A stretch of DNA of 64,000 nucleotides, from the NCBI GenBank assembly GCA_024704765.1, contig JAKMXF010000066.1, positions 989,883-1,053,882 of the forward strand, given 5' to 3'. Below, one piece after another: positions 45,601 through 54,799 of the stretch. This DNA comes from Oopsacas minuta. Its lineage: Eukaryota > Animalia > Porifera. The first letter of the stretch is position 1. Each line of letters starts with the position of its first letter. The translations under genes and the position numbers were made by a program. Below the pieces are notes generated by a model, which was not told where the DNA came from, searched no databases, and saw nothing but the letters and a program-made list of their open reading frames with translations.

Positions 45601-46938
45601 GAAATCAAACACGTATTGGACCTGAGAATTGTTCGTAGCTCTTCTATCACGATTAATGATCTTTTTATCGATTAACACTTTGTTACTGATCGTATTAATC
45701 TGAGTATTGTCAATAGATGAAGGCTTTAAACGTGCGTATACTTTAATTTTCCCCATTTTAAAAATTTACTAATTAGTAAAAATAATCCATATAAAAGGTT
45801 TCAACTGGTAACTTCCATAAAAGGACATTATTGTAACGTTATTGAACAATAATAAGAGTAATATCTTATTCGTAGATATATACAATAAGCAGAAATACAT
45901 TACATTATAGCATTGACAATACAATATAGAGAAATCTTTTGAAATATACCTATAGCAGTATGAGGCGACCGTTGGTTAGGTTTTACCCTCACCGGCATAT
46001 ATATTGAAAACTGAATGATACAGCCTTGCATTAGCATTAAAATTAACGAACCCAAGATTTTAAGAATATTAATATTATAATCTAGGCAATCATAACTGTA
46101 AATGGTATGAACCAATAACAAGCCATTTATGATATCATAAAAAGCTAATTGCCAATCAGTAAATAATGTAAATATTAATTAAACTCAATACGTATAATAC
46201 TCACGTGTTAATGACAGCTTCATCAATTAAATCAATTTTATTCTGCACTAACACAGTTGTAATCTCTCCTACCTCCGCATACACCTAGATAATATTACAG
46301 GGATCAATCATAGGTTAATTGAACTCAATAAGTTGTTATGTACCTTATTCTTCCAGGAATCAATTGCATCAAATGATGGTCTGTCTACTGTAGAGAATAC
46401 AAGAATACACAATTGAGCACCTAAATAATAGAAAATACAGTCAACTCCCCAGGATTCCTATATTATTGTAGAAATATTTATGATAATACTCCACCTCTAT
46501 AATAAGCCTTTGTAATAGCGTCAAACTCTTCCTGCCCAGCTGTATCCCAGACCATTAGACGGATCTCCTCTTGGTGTGTTCTAGAAATTATTATACAAAA
46601 ATGTGTGTATAATTGTTATATAAGACTATATAGCATATAAGGTATATAGTAGTGTTTGCCTATTAGCACTTTGAATCCATTTTGATTGAAAGAATTCGGG
46701 TATTAGCAAGGGAAATTCCTGCAAATACTACTTACTAATATGAGAACTCCATTACATATCTAACAAATACAGGATTTATTTACCTCAGATGTTTCTCAAG
46801 GAAATCTACACCAATAGTCTTCTTATACTCACTAGTGTATACTCCCTTACAGAATCTCTGTATCATACTGCTCTTCCCTACATTTCCATTCCCAACAATA
46901 ATCACCTTCAGAGCTAACTCGAAATCTTCTTCTAACAT
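36674..46938 (-). CDS. RAB23: Ras-related protein Rab-23 (7 exons; intron 4 is 9.1 kb and hosts three genes)
   Basis: Exons 46938-46784, 46580-46495, 46420-46344, 46284-46205, 37078-36996, 36941-36858, 36789-36674, all GT-AG and phase-consistent. They give VIIVGNGNVGKSSMIQRFCKG, WDTAGQEEFDAITKAYYRGA, QNKIDLIDEAVIN-T-EEVEEIANKLKVKVFRSSVKD and LRPGKQRAKKKKSCFS. Confidence 0.93.
37236..39161 (-). CDS. PET domain + six LIM domain protein (testin/LIMPETin-like)
   Basis: Testin-type Cys-rich N-terminus (C..C...CPG..LHVWRKICQFC), PET domain (YLWYP..FMASLP..LLRQLPPQD), six LIM zinc-finger units; single exon. Confidence 0.88.
   Translation of the reverse strand: MSLMPRETKFASSINEKHHTKSRFQNVILNDIDKGRGCRNCGDSCPGLQLHVWRKICQFCSCPWEAHDVEIVRRKPKRKTKPKTSSTQTKKGISFVDTPEIIPSLSPAMESTEIKIVLEDFSNEPKVDLIISQLSLEEDKDSTKILSPESPLSPVDNYDDDISPTSQTSEDDNPDFSLLKEKYLWYPMSMNFKNVESFMASLPPELRPIKGTQAAQNCKNVLLRQLPPQDTDHLICHPLSEKEFFLMQKFVEQRENKYRGQGIVQFDPKGDCVSCKQQFIPEDICVFVPLVGSNYRFHVNCFRCSKCTGFLQDLHYYKKGKEIFCGRHHAELFGKRCAGCDEIIFSDKVIEAEGKNWHAEHFCCGNCDIQLGGDDYVKSRNVIMCNKCFKDQVNAVCFSCKKGIELQGRVVKYREKSWHQKCFICSVCERYLKAEKFIVKGVSIFCLECFENSQSEIKPEPSGSSNCDLCQQPVDVHDPHMSSEGIVWHKSCFSCVFCHQELIGKAFLRHDAGLLCEGCYNERVAHSCHQCSEKIAKGGVKHDGKYFHKDCFNCANCQIQLANIKFSTRKGVNLCFSCNKKSSPLCHQCSKEILGKCFEFKGYNFHPECFSCTGCNKGIAGKEFYQTRGAIYCKKCAKRKL
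39403..42585 (-). CDS. IBTK: Inhibitor of Bruton tyrosine kinase-like (ankyrin-RCC1-BTB)
   Basis: N-terminal ankyrin repeats (TALHSSVYHG), RCC1 repeats (YSWGNN..LG, IACGNFHS), BTB (CHKCILIARSEYFSSML) and BACK-like region. Confidence 0.88.
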   Translation of the reverse strand: MSHNKKYYKPSPVLLPAKNLLQLACVYGDLPFIESLLKSGDFNVNEPDQESNCTALHSSVYHGLLGVAALLTSYGASWECQDFDGCSVWDYLNDNRNKCSLIDGKSLLYSWGNNYTFNLGVGTGDSKQLPVLVKGVDKTVIKKIVLSKYHSVILDENGSVFSCGIGKGCRLGHGNDETYLSFKFIQTLREKIIDISAGNSHTLFLSDQGYLYACGSNEFGQLGVGNTSDSIPTQSMFPAKLNHKDIRNVFFTFIACGNFHSAVCTENKLYTFGRNVGQLGYPLGKLGRVQFIPKVVTAFYHRKEAKIISLSACDTVTTGILSNNTIFVLENFNCKVYSANRANIGLVYSKTFYFTQISSYGVASEVDSLSKSSSQNLPFEIILLDNFNSIWRFSTGNVCVHLCRFENGYNIKVSHFALGKSLFLVSIFGEVFQCNLPPIVPSSDLHSNKKLQLDLVQASKFEDNVNPIISLTRLKYLHNILNIYTDANCENFFCYLQDPVSELVLLPHISKSVYLSDFKVHFENIQFNPPECCITIESEDGRLIHIDSYIFCVFISEICETKCDILNYMPKSGKTYKCSLNYTILHAIFAAAYLQGNAIPEELPFLISVLFRNIPNSPILKRQPFQHRNFEYKSFHILHDTVISCLDGESFKCHKCILIARSEYFSSMLTLGWRESSLQIPILNFQFTLVIMEIIIEYIYTDLYPRSIHEHSLYQLLIASDHFLLPRLKDWVEYKIGNSLTIDNVIPVLELSRMYCAQQLTVSCVEFVCINFSWLMSKHELDMLDLDVLALVSDCACTRMRRLGIKEKTVYYYDHYNDLVDEQFFVASKNNVLPQRERSKTVPKKTKKRNSMNRSVSECSHGRDDPILISDDTILATEPWKPNWLASKEERDSTPNFNEILSEEKSRYLLNQKYLPRMRSKSSTNSHMQQYMSWGISHNINARKKRSKSKRATSESEVEVKKRERTWSTVEIPAEISFEDIYNHQLSSPAIEPILLYSDPICLPKEEKVPLVPPQQPLQVINAFESIVIEEQALTDLRQYYQNTYPFEQFTIERELGSEF
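42832..45756 (-). CDS. Kinesin-9 family motor (KIF6-like) with C-terminal IQ-like motif
   Basis: GQTGSGKT, SSRSH, DLAGSER, HIPYRNSLLTMFLRDSLGGN; coiled coils; AAIVIQRYWR at the C-terminus; single exon. Confidence 0.88.
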   Translation of the reverse strand: MGKIKVYARLKPSSIDNTQINTISNKVLIDKKIINRDRRATNNSQVQYVFDFDSVFDQSISQTDIFQSIAIEALDRFLEGFNCTIFAYGQTGSGKTYTIEGSARRFEDRGLIPRCISYIYDKIKDREDQEISIHISYFEIYNEIGFDLLNPASRLESLLYTGLPKISIRERGDGQFVTHNLTSHLAADEHIAQHLLLQGSLSRKVASTTMNIHSSRSHAVYTILMTSKVIDSDTMTVSKLNFVDLAGSERVAKTGAEGKILDEAKFINKSLHYLEHVIIQLQKAAKSEGPPKKPVRSSTAPGLDQPRAVQEAWSLTISRSKKKYHIPYRNSLLTMFLRDSLGGNCYTFMISTISSDVTQLDETISTCRFAQRVSCIKNIVTRNEILDDKALIKKLRLHIRDLDREICELKKLLDEKNEALRQPIILASQPLSDDDKEVLYKLIRQFLKGEVVDPLEGGLNTREKILESLFFLKEIILQSSKKKGFSIVNVNKPPLPVKHENSKILKQISLENRVEHEIIKERRIVDKESPKIQNYPDILNRVPLQSNKHMYTQSANIENKELSLSAILSRKAVSSSDRNIPFRENTIITPPVKFPGQKSISLPVSPTSQPSIPSSPNVLFFNQSLNKEVSKPPITPESFNKSLHYISPFEQKRRTQIINKIDSLSKSEQSLRNEKSFLLQNQISLELQKNEDKLAIISSTIESQKRRIKYLLQNGNDRGEIENEIIAQRRLETKARELVCKISDLRATNANSAQKSDQNSFKDIPEISSKNTGLILHNLANEERHQHKLKEGIEQIKILQFEQQLELKEAATRRKLLALKQQLKGNITINELPTKSQSLPNTSYSLDREIQNIDSEKIRNGPDSHNDATPNPSSNSEFQFTPQPPSKQRKSEISKPSPIFRIESNTQSKNEINSKPMDITIQKTKIEVKTKISQERAYMSAVQSNRTRVEKIRKVMSAAIVIQRYWRLYKNRTK

Positions 46939-47092
46939 TTTCTTATCAAAATAATCAAGAATATTTAATAGCAACCATCCGTGGTTTATAATCATAAGAA
47001 TAAGGATAATTGTCCTAACTTTATTGAGACTCAGAAATTACACAAAATCTGTAGCACAAATTTACCAAAATAGCAATTATATTATCCTACAA

Positions 47093-47542
47093 TTAGTGGA
47101 GATATCCCGGCAGTTTCATAGTCAAAAAGAAATAAACTGCGATAAATGAAAAGAGAATACAACCAAATCCAACAAAGACCTGTAGAACCATAGGAAAACC
47201 TTTAGAATTCGAGTAAAAACTCCGATCTAGCACTATAAATCCTAATCCACCTAAAGTGAATAGGAAACTTGATGCCAGACCTTCCATAATATACTGCCCG
47301 TTAACACGATAAGGCAGGAAAACAACGGGTAATGGGTTACCCTTGTCATCATTAGCAGAGCCAATACTAGGAGGTTCTACTATGACGTCATAAATAATTC
47401 CACCAGTAACTAGGAAATATGATAAGAGGACGAGTCCATACATAAACATAGGACTGGGAACCTTGAGCCAGGATGGCTTGCGTAGCTTGATACCTGGAGC
47501 GTCTACAAAACTCAGAAGAGTTGTATAATAGCTGAGTAACAT
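47093..47542 (-). CDS. OSTC: Oligosaccharyltransferase complex subunit OSTC/DC2
   Basis: [22 protein letters not shown] and [26 protein letters not shown]. Confidence 0.95.
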   Translation of the reverse strand: MLLSYYTTLLSFVDAPGIKLRKPSWLKVPSPMFMYGLVLLSYFLVTGGIIYDVIVEPPSIGSANDDKGNPLPVVFLPYRVNGQYIMEGLASSFLFTLGGLGFIVLDRSFYSNSKGFPMVLQVFVGFGCILFSFIAVYFFLTMKLPGYLH

Positions 47543-47702
47543 TGGAGATATGTAGGCTAATAGTGAGTGAAATTATGAATAATTTATATAATAGTTGATA
47601 TAAATCTAGAAAAGAGAAAATTGAGAGCATATGTATGTATATAATTTCAACAACAGTATACAGATAAAAATGTCAAATAACATAAGATACAATAGGTAAA
47701 AT

Positions 47703-49223
47703 CTAATCTTCAACCCCAGCTATCACTAATATATGATTAGTAGTACACATGAACATAATGACTATTCCGATAATAATCATAGCAATACTTAATGCTCCTT
47801 TTATCCCCAAATTACACTTCGCATCAGTTGTTTTTCTCCAATAATCGCGTCTAACTTTCAAATAAAATAATGCTGGCCAAATGAATACAACCAATACCGA
47901 TCCGAATGAACCAACAAATCCCCATACAATATCTACATTAGGGACGAAACAAGCAGGAGCAAATGCTAATATAAACGAGCAGAGAGTAACGAAAAACCAA
48001 ACAAACCTCGATTCCCTAACCGTCAAACTCAAATCATCTTTTACAACTAATTTCAAGTGGACTACCAGGTCACAAATAAGGCCGATAAGATAAATCACCG
48101 AAGCTCTAAAGGGAAATAGCAAGATAGGGTAATGAGGCAAAAGAGCTAAGAACAGCAAACATCGCTCAACTAACAATACAATACTATCAGCATCGTAACT
48201 TTTCATGACGTCAGACTGTACATTACTCCCAAACTGTAACGTAGTGAAAATCCCAACTAAAATATAGACACAGAATACGATCGATAAAGTAGAAGTAACT
48301 GTAAGCTTCCTACGTAATTTCGTAGATCTATACAACTCATGGCAGATTGGCAATATATTGAAATGACAGACAAATACAAGCGCAATTATAGTCAGCGATT
48401 CGAGAAATTTAAATATTGAGCTTGGGAATAACGGTACACATATCGAACCAGGTGAAGTGAAGTTAGCACAGGAAAAATTGATTACAGTAGCGTCCGCATC
48501 ATGCACCAAACCAATCACAGAGAATACTATAAAGGAAATAGACACGATCAAGAGACAAGAAAATCCAAAGAAACTGGTGTATCCTAAAAACCGTATTTTA
48601 GGTAGGAAACATATAGGAAGCAGGGGGATATAAGCTAGAGACATTAAAGTGTATTTTTGCGTAATCCAATAGTGAGCAGTGCTGTTTGTAGCGTTAAGAT
48701 GGTTGAAGGAAAATTCCGTGATTAACTCCAGTTGATCACGTGTTAAAATCATATATGCAATATGTGATGGATATAATAGCACGATAATGGTTAGAAGAGA
48801 TAAAACTTTAGCGATTATTCCATAGGAAAACACAGAAAGATCCTCAAAATTAAATACTTTCAGAGACTGTGGTAACAGTGATAAAGTATCAATTAGTAAA
48901 TGGCCAGAAAATAGTGATATGATGAGGATAAGAATCAATGCGATTGATGCAGGGACTAGTCCACCAATACTGAATGCATAAGGTAATGATAGTAGTCCAG
49001 CTCCCATTACGGTTGTAATCAAGTTGAAAACACCAAATGGTAGGGCCATCTTACCCCCGGTGGGGGCCAATTTATCATTTATTTCCTTCGGTAATAATGA
49101 TTGATGGTCTTGAGGTAATTCTACTTGAGTGTTTCCACTGAGAAATCGCGAAACGAAATCTCGATCTTCTGTGGAGTCTTTTCTGGGGATTTCTGCTGAA
49201 TAAGACATCGGAAAATCATACAA
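47703..49223 (-). CDS. Amino acid transporter, SLC38/AAAP family, copy 1
   Basis: FNLITTVMGAGLLSLPYAF, FVCHFNILPI, GFVGSFGS; about 11 TM helices. Confidence 0.88.
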   Translation of the reverse strand: MYDFPMSYSAEIPRKDSTEDRDFVSRFLSGNTQVELPQDHQSLLPKEINDKLAPTGGKMALPFGVFNLITTVMGAGLLSLPYAFSIGGLVPASIALILILIISLFSGHLLIDTLSLLPQSLKVFNFEDLSVFSYGIIAKVLSLLTIIVLLYPSHIAYMILTRDQLELITEFSFNHLNATNSTAHYWITQKYTLMSLAYIPLLPICFLPKIRFLGYTSFFGFSCLLIVSISFIVFSVIGLVHDADATVINFSCANFTSPGSICVPLFPSSIFKFLESLTIIALVFVCHFNILPICHELYRSTKLRRKLTVTSTLSIVFCVYILVGIFTTLQFGSNVQSDVMKSYDADSIVLLVERCLLFLALLPHYPILLFPFRASVIYLIGLICDLVVHLKLVVKDDLSLTVRESRFVWFFVTLCSFILAFAPACFVPNVDIVWGFVGSFGSVLVVFIWPALFYLKVRRDYWRKTTDAKCNLGIKGALSIAMIIIGIVIMFMCTTNHILVIAGVED

Positions 49224-49484
49224 ATACAGATAGATTAATGCATATTTATAGTGAAAGAGTTAGCTATTTTAAATGAAATACGATCTATTGAGCATAGATG
49301 AATTCATTTAATATAACATTCATCAAATTAATATATTAACTTCGTATGGAATCCTATACATATTATGTGAATTCACAAAGGATTTTATCAAAAACTTAGA
49401 AATATATTTATGAATTATGAACACACAAAAATTTAGACAAAAGTAAAATGATAAGTACAAAACCTTACTGGCTATACTTGCTGT

Positions 49485-51041
49485 TCAGAATAAGCTTGGT
49501 ATTACCAGCATAAGCATTTGGTTTATTGTACATACAAACATGATTATAAACCCGAAAATCAAAAGAAGAATACTGCACACAACTTTCATACCGAAAAAAT
49601 GCTTTCTTTGTGCCAAGCGTTTCCAATAGAGTCGTCTAGTTTGAAGGTAGAAGAGGCAAGGCCAGATGAACACAACCAAAGATGATCCAATTGCTCCAAC
49701 GAATCCCCAAACCATATCTACATTATTGATAAAACAAGTAGGAACAAATGCGACAAGGAAAATGCAAACTGTTAACAATACCCATATAAATGTGTTGACA
49801 GTAAAATTTGCTTTTTCATGAAAAGGCGCTTTTCCATATTTCTGCGTCAATAACCATCTCCTTATAGAATATCGAGATTGAACCAAAGGTATAAATAGAG
49901 AAATTATGGCAGCACGACAAGGGAATAGTAATAGCGGATAGCTCAAAAGAAGGCTAAGAAACAATGCAATCCTTCCTACCACGAACAGGATATTATTTGG
50001 GTCGTAATTCTTCATCACATCTGCCTTGATTTCATACCCGAATTCGAGCAATGTGAATATAATTGTTATAAAATATAGAAGAAACGCGGTTAAAACGGTT
50101 ACAATGATTGAAGACTTAACTCGTGTCGTAGTAGGGTTGTAAAGCTCAGCTTTCAATGGTAAAATATTGAAATGACACACAAAAACAAGCGCAGTTATAG
50201 TAAATGAGTGTAGGAATTCAAAGACATTATTTGGCCATAGAGGAATACATGTCACCGAATTTGTAGTAGAACCATTCGTTATATTCCCACAGAATGAAGT
50301 AATCGAAATATTATGTGAGTTATGCACCAGGTTATAAGATGAAAGATATACAAACGACCCTGATACGAACAGGATGCAGATAAACCCAAAAAGGCTAGAG
50401 TAAGCTAAATAGCGTAAAGATGTCAAGAAACAAATTGGGATGATAGGTAAGTAAGCAATAGTTTGAACAATGTAATGTTTGGTTAGGTAAAATCCAAGAC
50501 TGGGTTCAGATGTGCTAACGTTTGCTTGGGTTAGTACAAACTGAATTACTAAATCTAACTGGTCACGTGTAATTATCATGTACGCCATATGGGAAGGCAG
50601 GAGTAGCACTATTATAGTTAGGAGCACGAACACACGACCGATTCTCCCAAACGCAAACTGTGCGATATCTTCATAGTTGAATACACGAATCGACTGTGGA
50701 AGATACGTCAAACTATCCACAATAAGTAGGCCAGAAAATAGTGATACAATCGTGGTAAAGATTAGCGAGGCAGCACCTGGAATAACACCACCAATACTAA
50801 AAGAAAACGGCAACGAAAGAAGACCAGCACCTACTACAGTTGTAATCAGATTAAAAATACTCATTGGAAGCCACATTAGGCCTCCAGATTTTAAAACATC
50901 CTTGTTTCCAAGTTGAATGCTTGTGCTGTCCAGCTCTAGGTCTGTCAAATTCCATATGTTGACATTGGTGTATGCTTTGAGGTACAGCTCGTCCTCGTTC
51001 GGAGAAAGTAGTGCTTTTGATTCACTGGCATCACTATCCAT
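49485..51041 (-). CDS. Amino acid transporter, SLC38/AAAP family, copy 2
   Basis: FNLITTVVGAGLLSLPFSF, FVCHFNILPL; tandem paralog. Confidence 0.88.
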   Translation of the reverse strand: MDSDASESKALLSPNEDELYLKAYTNVNIWNLTDLELDSTSIQLGNKDVLKSGGLMWLPMSIFNLITTVVGAGLLSLPFSFSIGGVIPGAASLIFTTIVSLFSGLLIVDSLTYLPQSIRVFNYEDIAQFAFGRIGRVFVLLTIIVLLLPSHMAYMIITRDQLDLVIQFVLTQANVSTSEPSLGFYLTKHYIVQTIAYLPIIPICFLTSLRYLAYSSLFGFICILFVSGSFVYLSSYNLVHNSHNISITSFCGNITNGSTTNSVTCIPLWPNNVFEFLHSFTITALVFVCHFNILPLKAELYNPTTTRVKSSIIVTVLTAFLLYFITIIFTLLEFGYEIKADVMKNYDPNNILFVVGRIALFLSLLLSYPLLLFPCRAAIISLFIPLVQSRYSIRRWLLTQKYGKAPFHEKANFTVNTFIWVLLTVCIFLVAFVPTCFINNVDMVWGFVGAIGSSLVVFIWPCLFYLQTRRLYWKRLAQRKHFFGMKVVCSILLLIFGFIIMFVCTINQMLMLVIPSLF

Positions 51042-51342
51042 TAGAAACTTACCAAATTATAGAATAAGATATATCTTTAGGAAGCTAAATATGTATTAGG
51101 AAAGGCTTAGAAATATGATATGTAATATTCGATTATGATAAAACATAAAACAAACCGTGGTTGAATAAATCCCTAGTTATTCTTCCTCTCAATAAGCTTG
51201 ACTTTATGCTTGTATTCCGCTCGACTATACTTTAGTGTAAGGCTCAGTATTGATCTTTGTTATTCTGGGCGTGCTTTTCAGCTTTATTGATATCATACGA
51301 ATTAGCTATTTCATATTTCCCTCGAAAGAGCATAACTCCATT

Positions 51343-53646
51343 ATGGCAACAAACGAATGGACGGATGTTCACGCACTACAGGACATGCTCCATCAAGTTC
51401 AGAATGCCCCAGAACCACCAAGACTTTCTGAACAGAATTGTGTAGAGATAATCCAAAAGATTATAAAACTCAATCTTATTGAACTTATACATACTCTTGA
51501 TGGCAAAGAGTATCTCACACACGAACAACTTTTCAAAGAAATTAGAGAAGAAACCCTCGCTCAGGGTGGGCGGGTAAGCTTGCTATCATTACAGACCAAT
51601 TTGAATGTGGACATTGGTTACATTCAAAAGTTTACCAGTGACTTATCTAAACAAGATAATCAATGGTTGATAATCCAAGGTGATTTCATCAACCGACGTT
51701 ACTTGGATAAATGGAGTGAAGAGTTGAACGACAACCTTCAGGAAGCTGGAATCCTTTCGATCACAGACATATGTACCCATCACAATTTCACGAAAGATTT
51801 TGTTCTAAACCAAATACAACAACGACTTGGCCATTCAATCCAAGGACATATCGAGCATCATAATGCTGATGTTGTTTTCACTGATGGATATTTGGAACGA
51901 CAAAAGAGTTCTATTCGTGGCATACTAAACGCTACTACACAGCCCCTGAAGGTACAAACTATATTGAAACGAACTATGAAGGAAGAAAAATTATTCCACA
52001 GTATTCTAACTCAACTTCTCACTAGTGGGGAAATTAAAGGTACCATCCGTGGTTCACTTGATAAAGAACTTTTTATTCCAAATTTCTACATTGAGGCTCA
52101 AGAAAAATGGATTGATAGTTCGATCCAAGCTAATGGCTATACGGATTATGAGCGTCTCTTGAAATCTGGCATTCCTGATCCTATCAGTTATGTTCAGAAG
52201 AATTATGACACTATAACCTATTTCCAATTACGGAAACAGTTTGGAAAAAACGCAGTACAACTTGATGTGGAAAATTTTAAGTTAATCTTGTTAGACTCTT
52301 GTTGCATTTCTAACCAACTTTTGTCACAAATTGAAGCAAATATTGAGAATACTCTTACTAGCGGAGAATGGGTTGATATAGTTTCTATAGCTCCGCCAGT
52401 ATTTAACCAACAAGACTGCATAATGCTTCTTCAGTTAATCGCGAGTCAAATATCAAACAATGTCCAGTTTAAACTGTTCTCTGAAACAGCTGTTGTATCA
52501 GAATTGTTCTTAGAAAACCTTCCATCAAAGTTTGATGATGTCATTGAAGCAAAAGTTCAAAGGATAACAGCTAGTTGTTCTTATCTAAATGAACTGTTTC
52601 AAGTGCTCACAGGAAGAGTATCAAAGTTCAAAGTGGTATATTCAGCTTCGAAGCCAAAGAAAGGGAAAGGGAAAGGAAAACGGAAAGTTCATGAGCAAGA
52701 GGATGAACTTTCAAATCAATATGTTTATCCTGAGCTCGAATTCATGAATTCAATTGAGATTTCAAGATATTTACCCAGGTATATTCAAGAGATTTCACCA
52801 GACTTCAGGGAAGAACTGGCAGCATACCTTGAACAACCACTAACATCTCATTTCCATTCTATGCTCCTCGATTCTATCAAGTCGAAAACGAAGGGCCAAT
52901 TGTCAAGCACAGATATATACAATCAGCTGACCATGTGTTGGTATCATCTAGCTATTTTCAAACAAGCAATTGATGAGGCTATTGGAATACCAGGGGAGAT
53001 ATTCACTCGATACCTGCTAAGTTCGATCTGTTCAGAAATCACTAACCTTCTCCTCTACTTGCTTATCAAGGACTTTTGTAACGAACCGATTAATGATCCA
53101 AAAACATTCACAGAAGCAAAAAGGATGAAACTTATTTCATTGCTCAATGAGAAACAAAAGCCTCTAATGGTACAGCTCAGCAAATCTCTTCATGGTAAAG
53201 AAATTGATATATTTTTCCTAACCATGGATAAGATATTTGAGCATAAAGCATTTTCTATAAAACTCGACTATCCGAATACTAAGAAACGAAAATCGATCAT
53301 TTCCGGCTTGATAGACACCTTTGAAGAGCAGTTAAAAGAAGAGAAAGACTTTGCTACGATCCTCCATTTGGCCACAGTTATTTCGTATACAAAGGTAACA
53401 GGGCTAGTATTACATTCTCCTGGTAAAGGAGTTCCACATATTCTGGATTTTCTTGCCAACAATATTCCAGAAGAGAAAATACGTGTATTGAAAAAGTGTC
53501 AGTCTCTGATAATCAAGAAAATGATTCACATGAGAGAGAATGACAAATGGGATAATGTGCAGGACTTTGAACAAGAAACTCAGCGGTTGAACCAAGAATT
53601 AATAGTTTCGACAGAAGAGGTCATATCAATGATATTTTGGCATTAA
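51343..53646 (+). CDS. UFL1: E3 UFM1-protein ligase 1
   Basis: From ATG 51343: MATNEW..RLSEQNCVEII..LIHTLDGKEYLT..GGRVSL; C-terminal ISYTKVTGLVLHSPGKGVP. Confidence 0.93.
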   Translation: MATNEWTDVHALQDMLHQVQNAPEPPRLSEQNCVEIIQKIIKLNLIELIHTLDGKEYLTHEQLFKEIREETLAQGGRVSLLSLQTNLNVDIGYIQKFTSDLSKQDNQWLIIQGDFINRRYLDKWSEELNDNLQEAGILSITDICTHHNFTKDFVLNQIQQRLGHSIQGHIEHHNADVVFTDGYLERQKSSIRGILNATTQPLKVQTILKRTMKEEKLFHSILTQLLTSGEIKGTIRGSLDKELFIPNFYIEAQEKWIDSSIQANGYTDYERLLKSGIPDPISYVQKNYDTITYFQLRKQFGKNAVQLDVENFKLILLDSCCISNQLLSQIEANIENTLTSGEWVDIVSIAPPVFNQQDCIMLLQLIASQISNNVQFKLFSETAVVSELFLENLPSKFDDVIEAKVQRITASCSYLNELFQVLTGRVSKFKVVYSASKPKKGKGKGKRKVHEQEDELSNQYVYPELEFMNSIEISRYLPRYIQEISPDFREELAAYLEQPLTSHFHSMLLDSIKSKTKGQLSSTDIYNQLTMCWYHLAIFKQAIDEAIGIPGEIFTRYLLSSICSEITNLLLYLLIKDFCNEPINDPKTFTEAKRMKLISLLNEKQKPLMVQLSKSLHGKEIDIFFLTMDKIFEHKAFSIKLDYPNTKKRKSIISGLIDTFEEQLKEEKDFATILHLATVISYTKVTGLVLHSPGKGVPHILDFLANNIPEEKIRVLKKCQSLIIKKMIHMRENDKWDNVQDFEQETQRLNQELIVSTEEVISMIFWH

Positions 53647-53776
53647 AACTTTAGCTCAATATTATTTGCATGACCAAATCCCCCTGTTTTGTCTATTTAC
53701 AATAGTATTTATATGCATATATTATATTGGGAAATTGGCGCTGAATTTATCTAAAATCTTTATTTTCAATAAATAG

Positions 53777-54799
53777 ATGATGTCACATAAATCTGTGATA
53801 TCAGAAGAAAAATACGAAGAAGCACTGGACACAATAATCGAGCGCGATTTTTTTCCAGATTTGAAAAAATTCAAAGATGAAAACAGACTACTTTATCCTG
53901 AATTTGCTAGCAGCTTTGATACTAATACCAGAGACAAGTTATCCCCGAGAGATGGCGAGTCATTAGATGAGTATTTAGCGAGAATTATAAGTGAAGATGA
54001 CGCTTCGTTTGCGGAATTACTCCAGAAAGATAGAGAACGTATTCGAGAGAAATGTAAAGAATTTTTTCTTGGACAGATCGAGCATGAATCACCTGGACAA
54101 ATTGAGTTCAAAAGGCCGAGAGACTTCACGATCGGAGGCAAAAATTCCCTAATGTATGTACCTGAAGGTATTGAACAGGATAGTAGTGCTAGACCAAATA
54201 TCCGCCATGAAAATACGAGGATTTCTAAGGAACTTATCGAGTCTCTCAATGATAAAGCGGGCCTTAGAGTTATACAATCAGAATTGACTAAAACCCGTGT
54301 TGAGATACCAGAAAAGGTTGATTTATATGGGAAAACCATTCTAGATCCTCATGTAGGTCGTGAATATGGGTTGATTTCAACTCCGAGAACGGACGATATA
54401 TCGACACCAACGCGATCTTTTTCAACCCCAACACTCGCAAACACACCTGGCTTCAAAATGAAAGAAGCAAGCAAACGTGAACAAATCGGAATTCAACTAT
54501 CTGAGGACATTGTAAGGAATAAACGTAATAAAAGGAGAGCTGCTCTTAGACAAGCAATGCATAGTTTAACTCCCAACACTAAGAATGATTTATACAGTAG
54601 AGGTTTGTATCTGTCACCAGCAGCGAAAAATCTACTGAAAAGAACAATACCCTCTGCCAGAGACTCAGACAGTATTGGTCTTAGAAGTTCTTATACTCCC
54701 AATTTACAGAATACACCATCAGTAAGAGGCTTTAAGAAACCACCAACCGATACACCTTATTCTACAACAACTACTCCAACTCCCAACCTGAGAAAATAA
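53777..54799 (+). CDS. ESS2: Splicing factor ESS-2/DGCR14 homolog
   Basis: EEKYEEALDTIIERDFFPDL, SLDEYLARIISEDDASF, KNSLMYVP, FKMKEASKREQI, LSPAAKNLL. Confidence 0.9.
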   Translation: MMSHKSVISEEKYEEALDTIIERDFFPDLKKFKDENRLLYPEFASSFDTNTRDKLSPRDGESLDEYLARIISEDDASFAELLQKDRERIREKCKEFFLGQIEHESPGQIEFKRPRDFTIGGKNSLMYVPEGIEQDSSARPNIRHENTRISKELIESLNDKAGLRVIQSELTKTRVEIPEKVDLYGKTILDPHVGREYGLISTPRTDDISTPTRSFSTPTLANTPGFKMKEASKREQIGIQLSEDIVRNKRNKRRAALRQAMHSLTPNTKNDLYSRGLYLSPAAKNLLKRTIPSARDSDSIGLRSSYTPNLQNTPSVRGFKKPPTDTPYSTTTTPTPNLRK

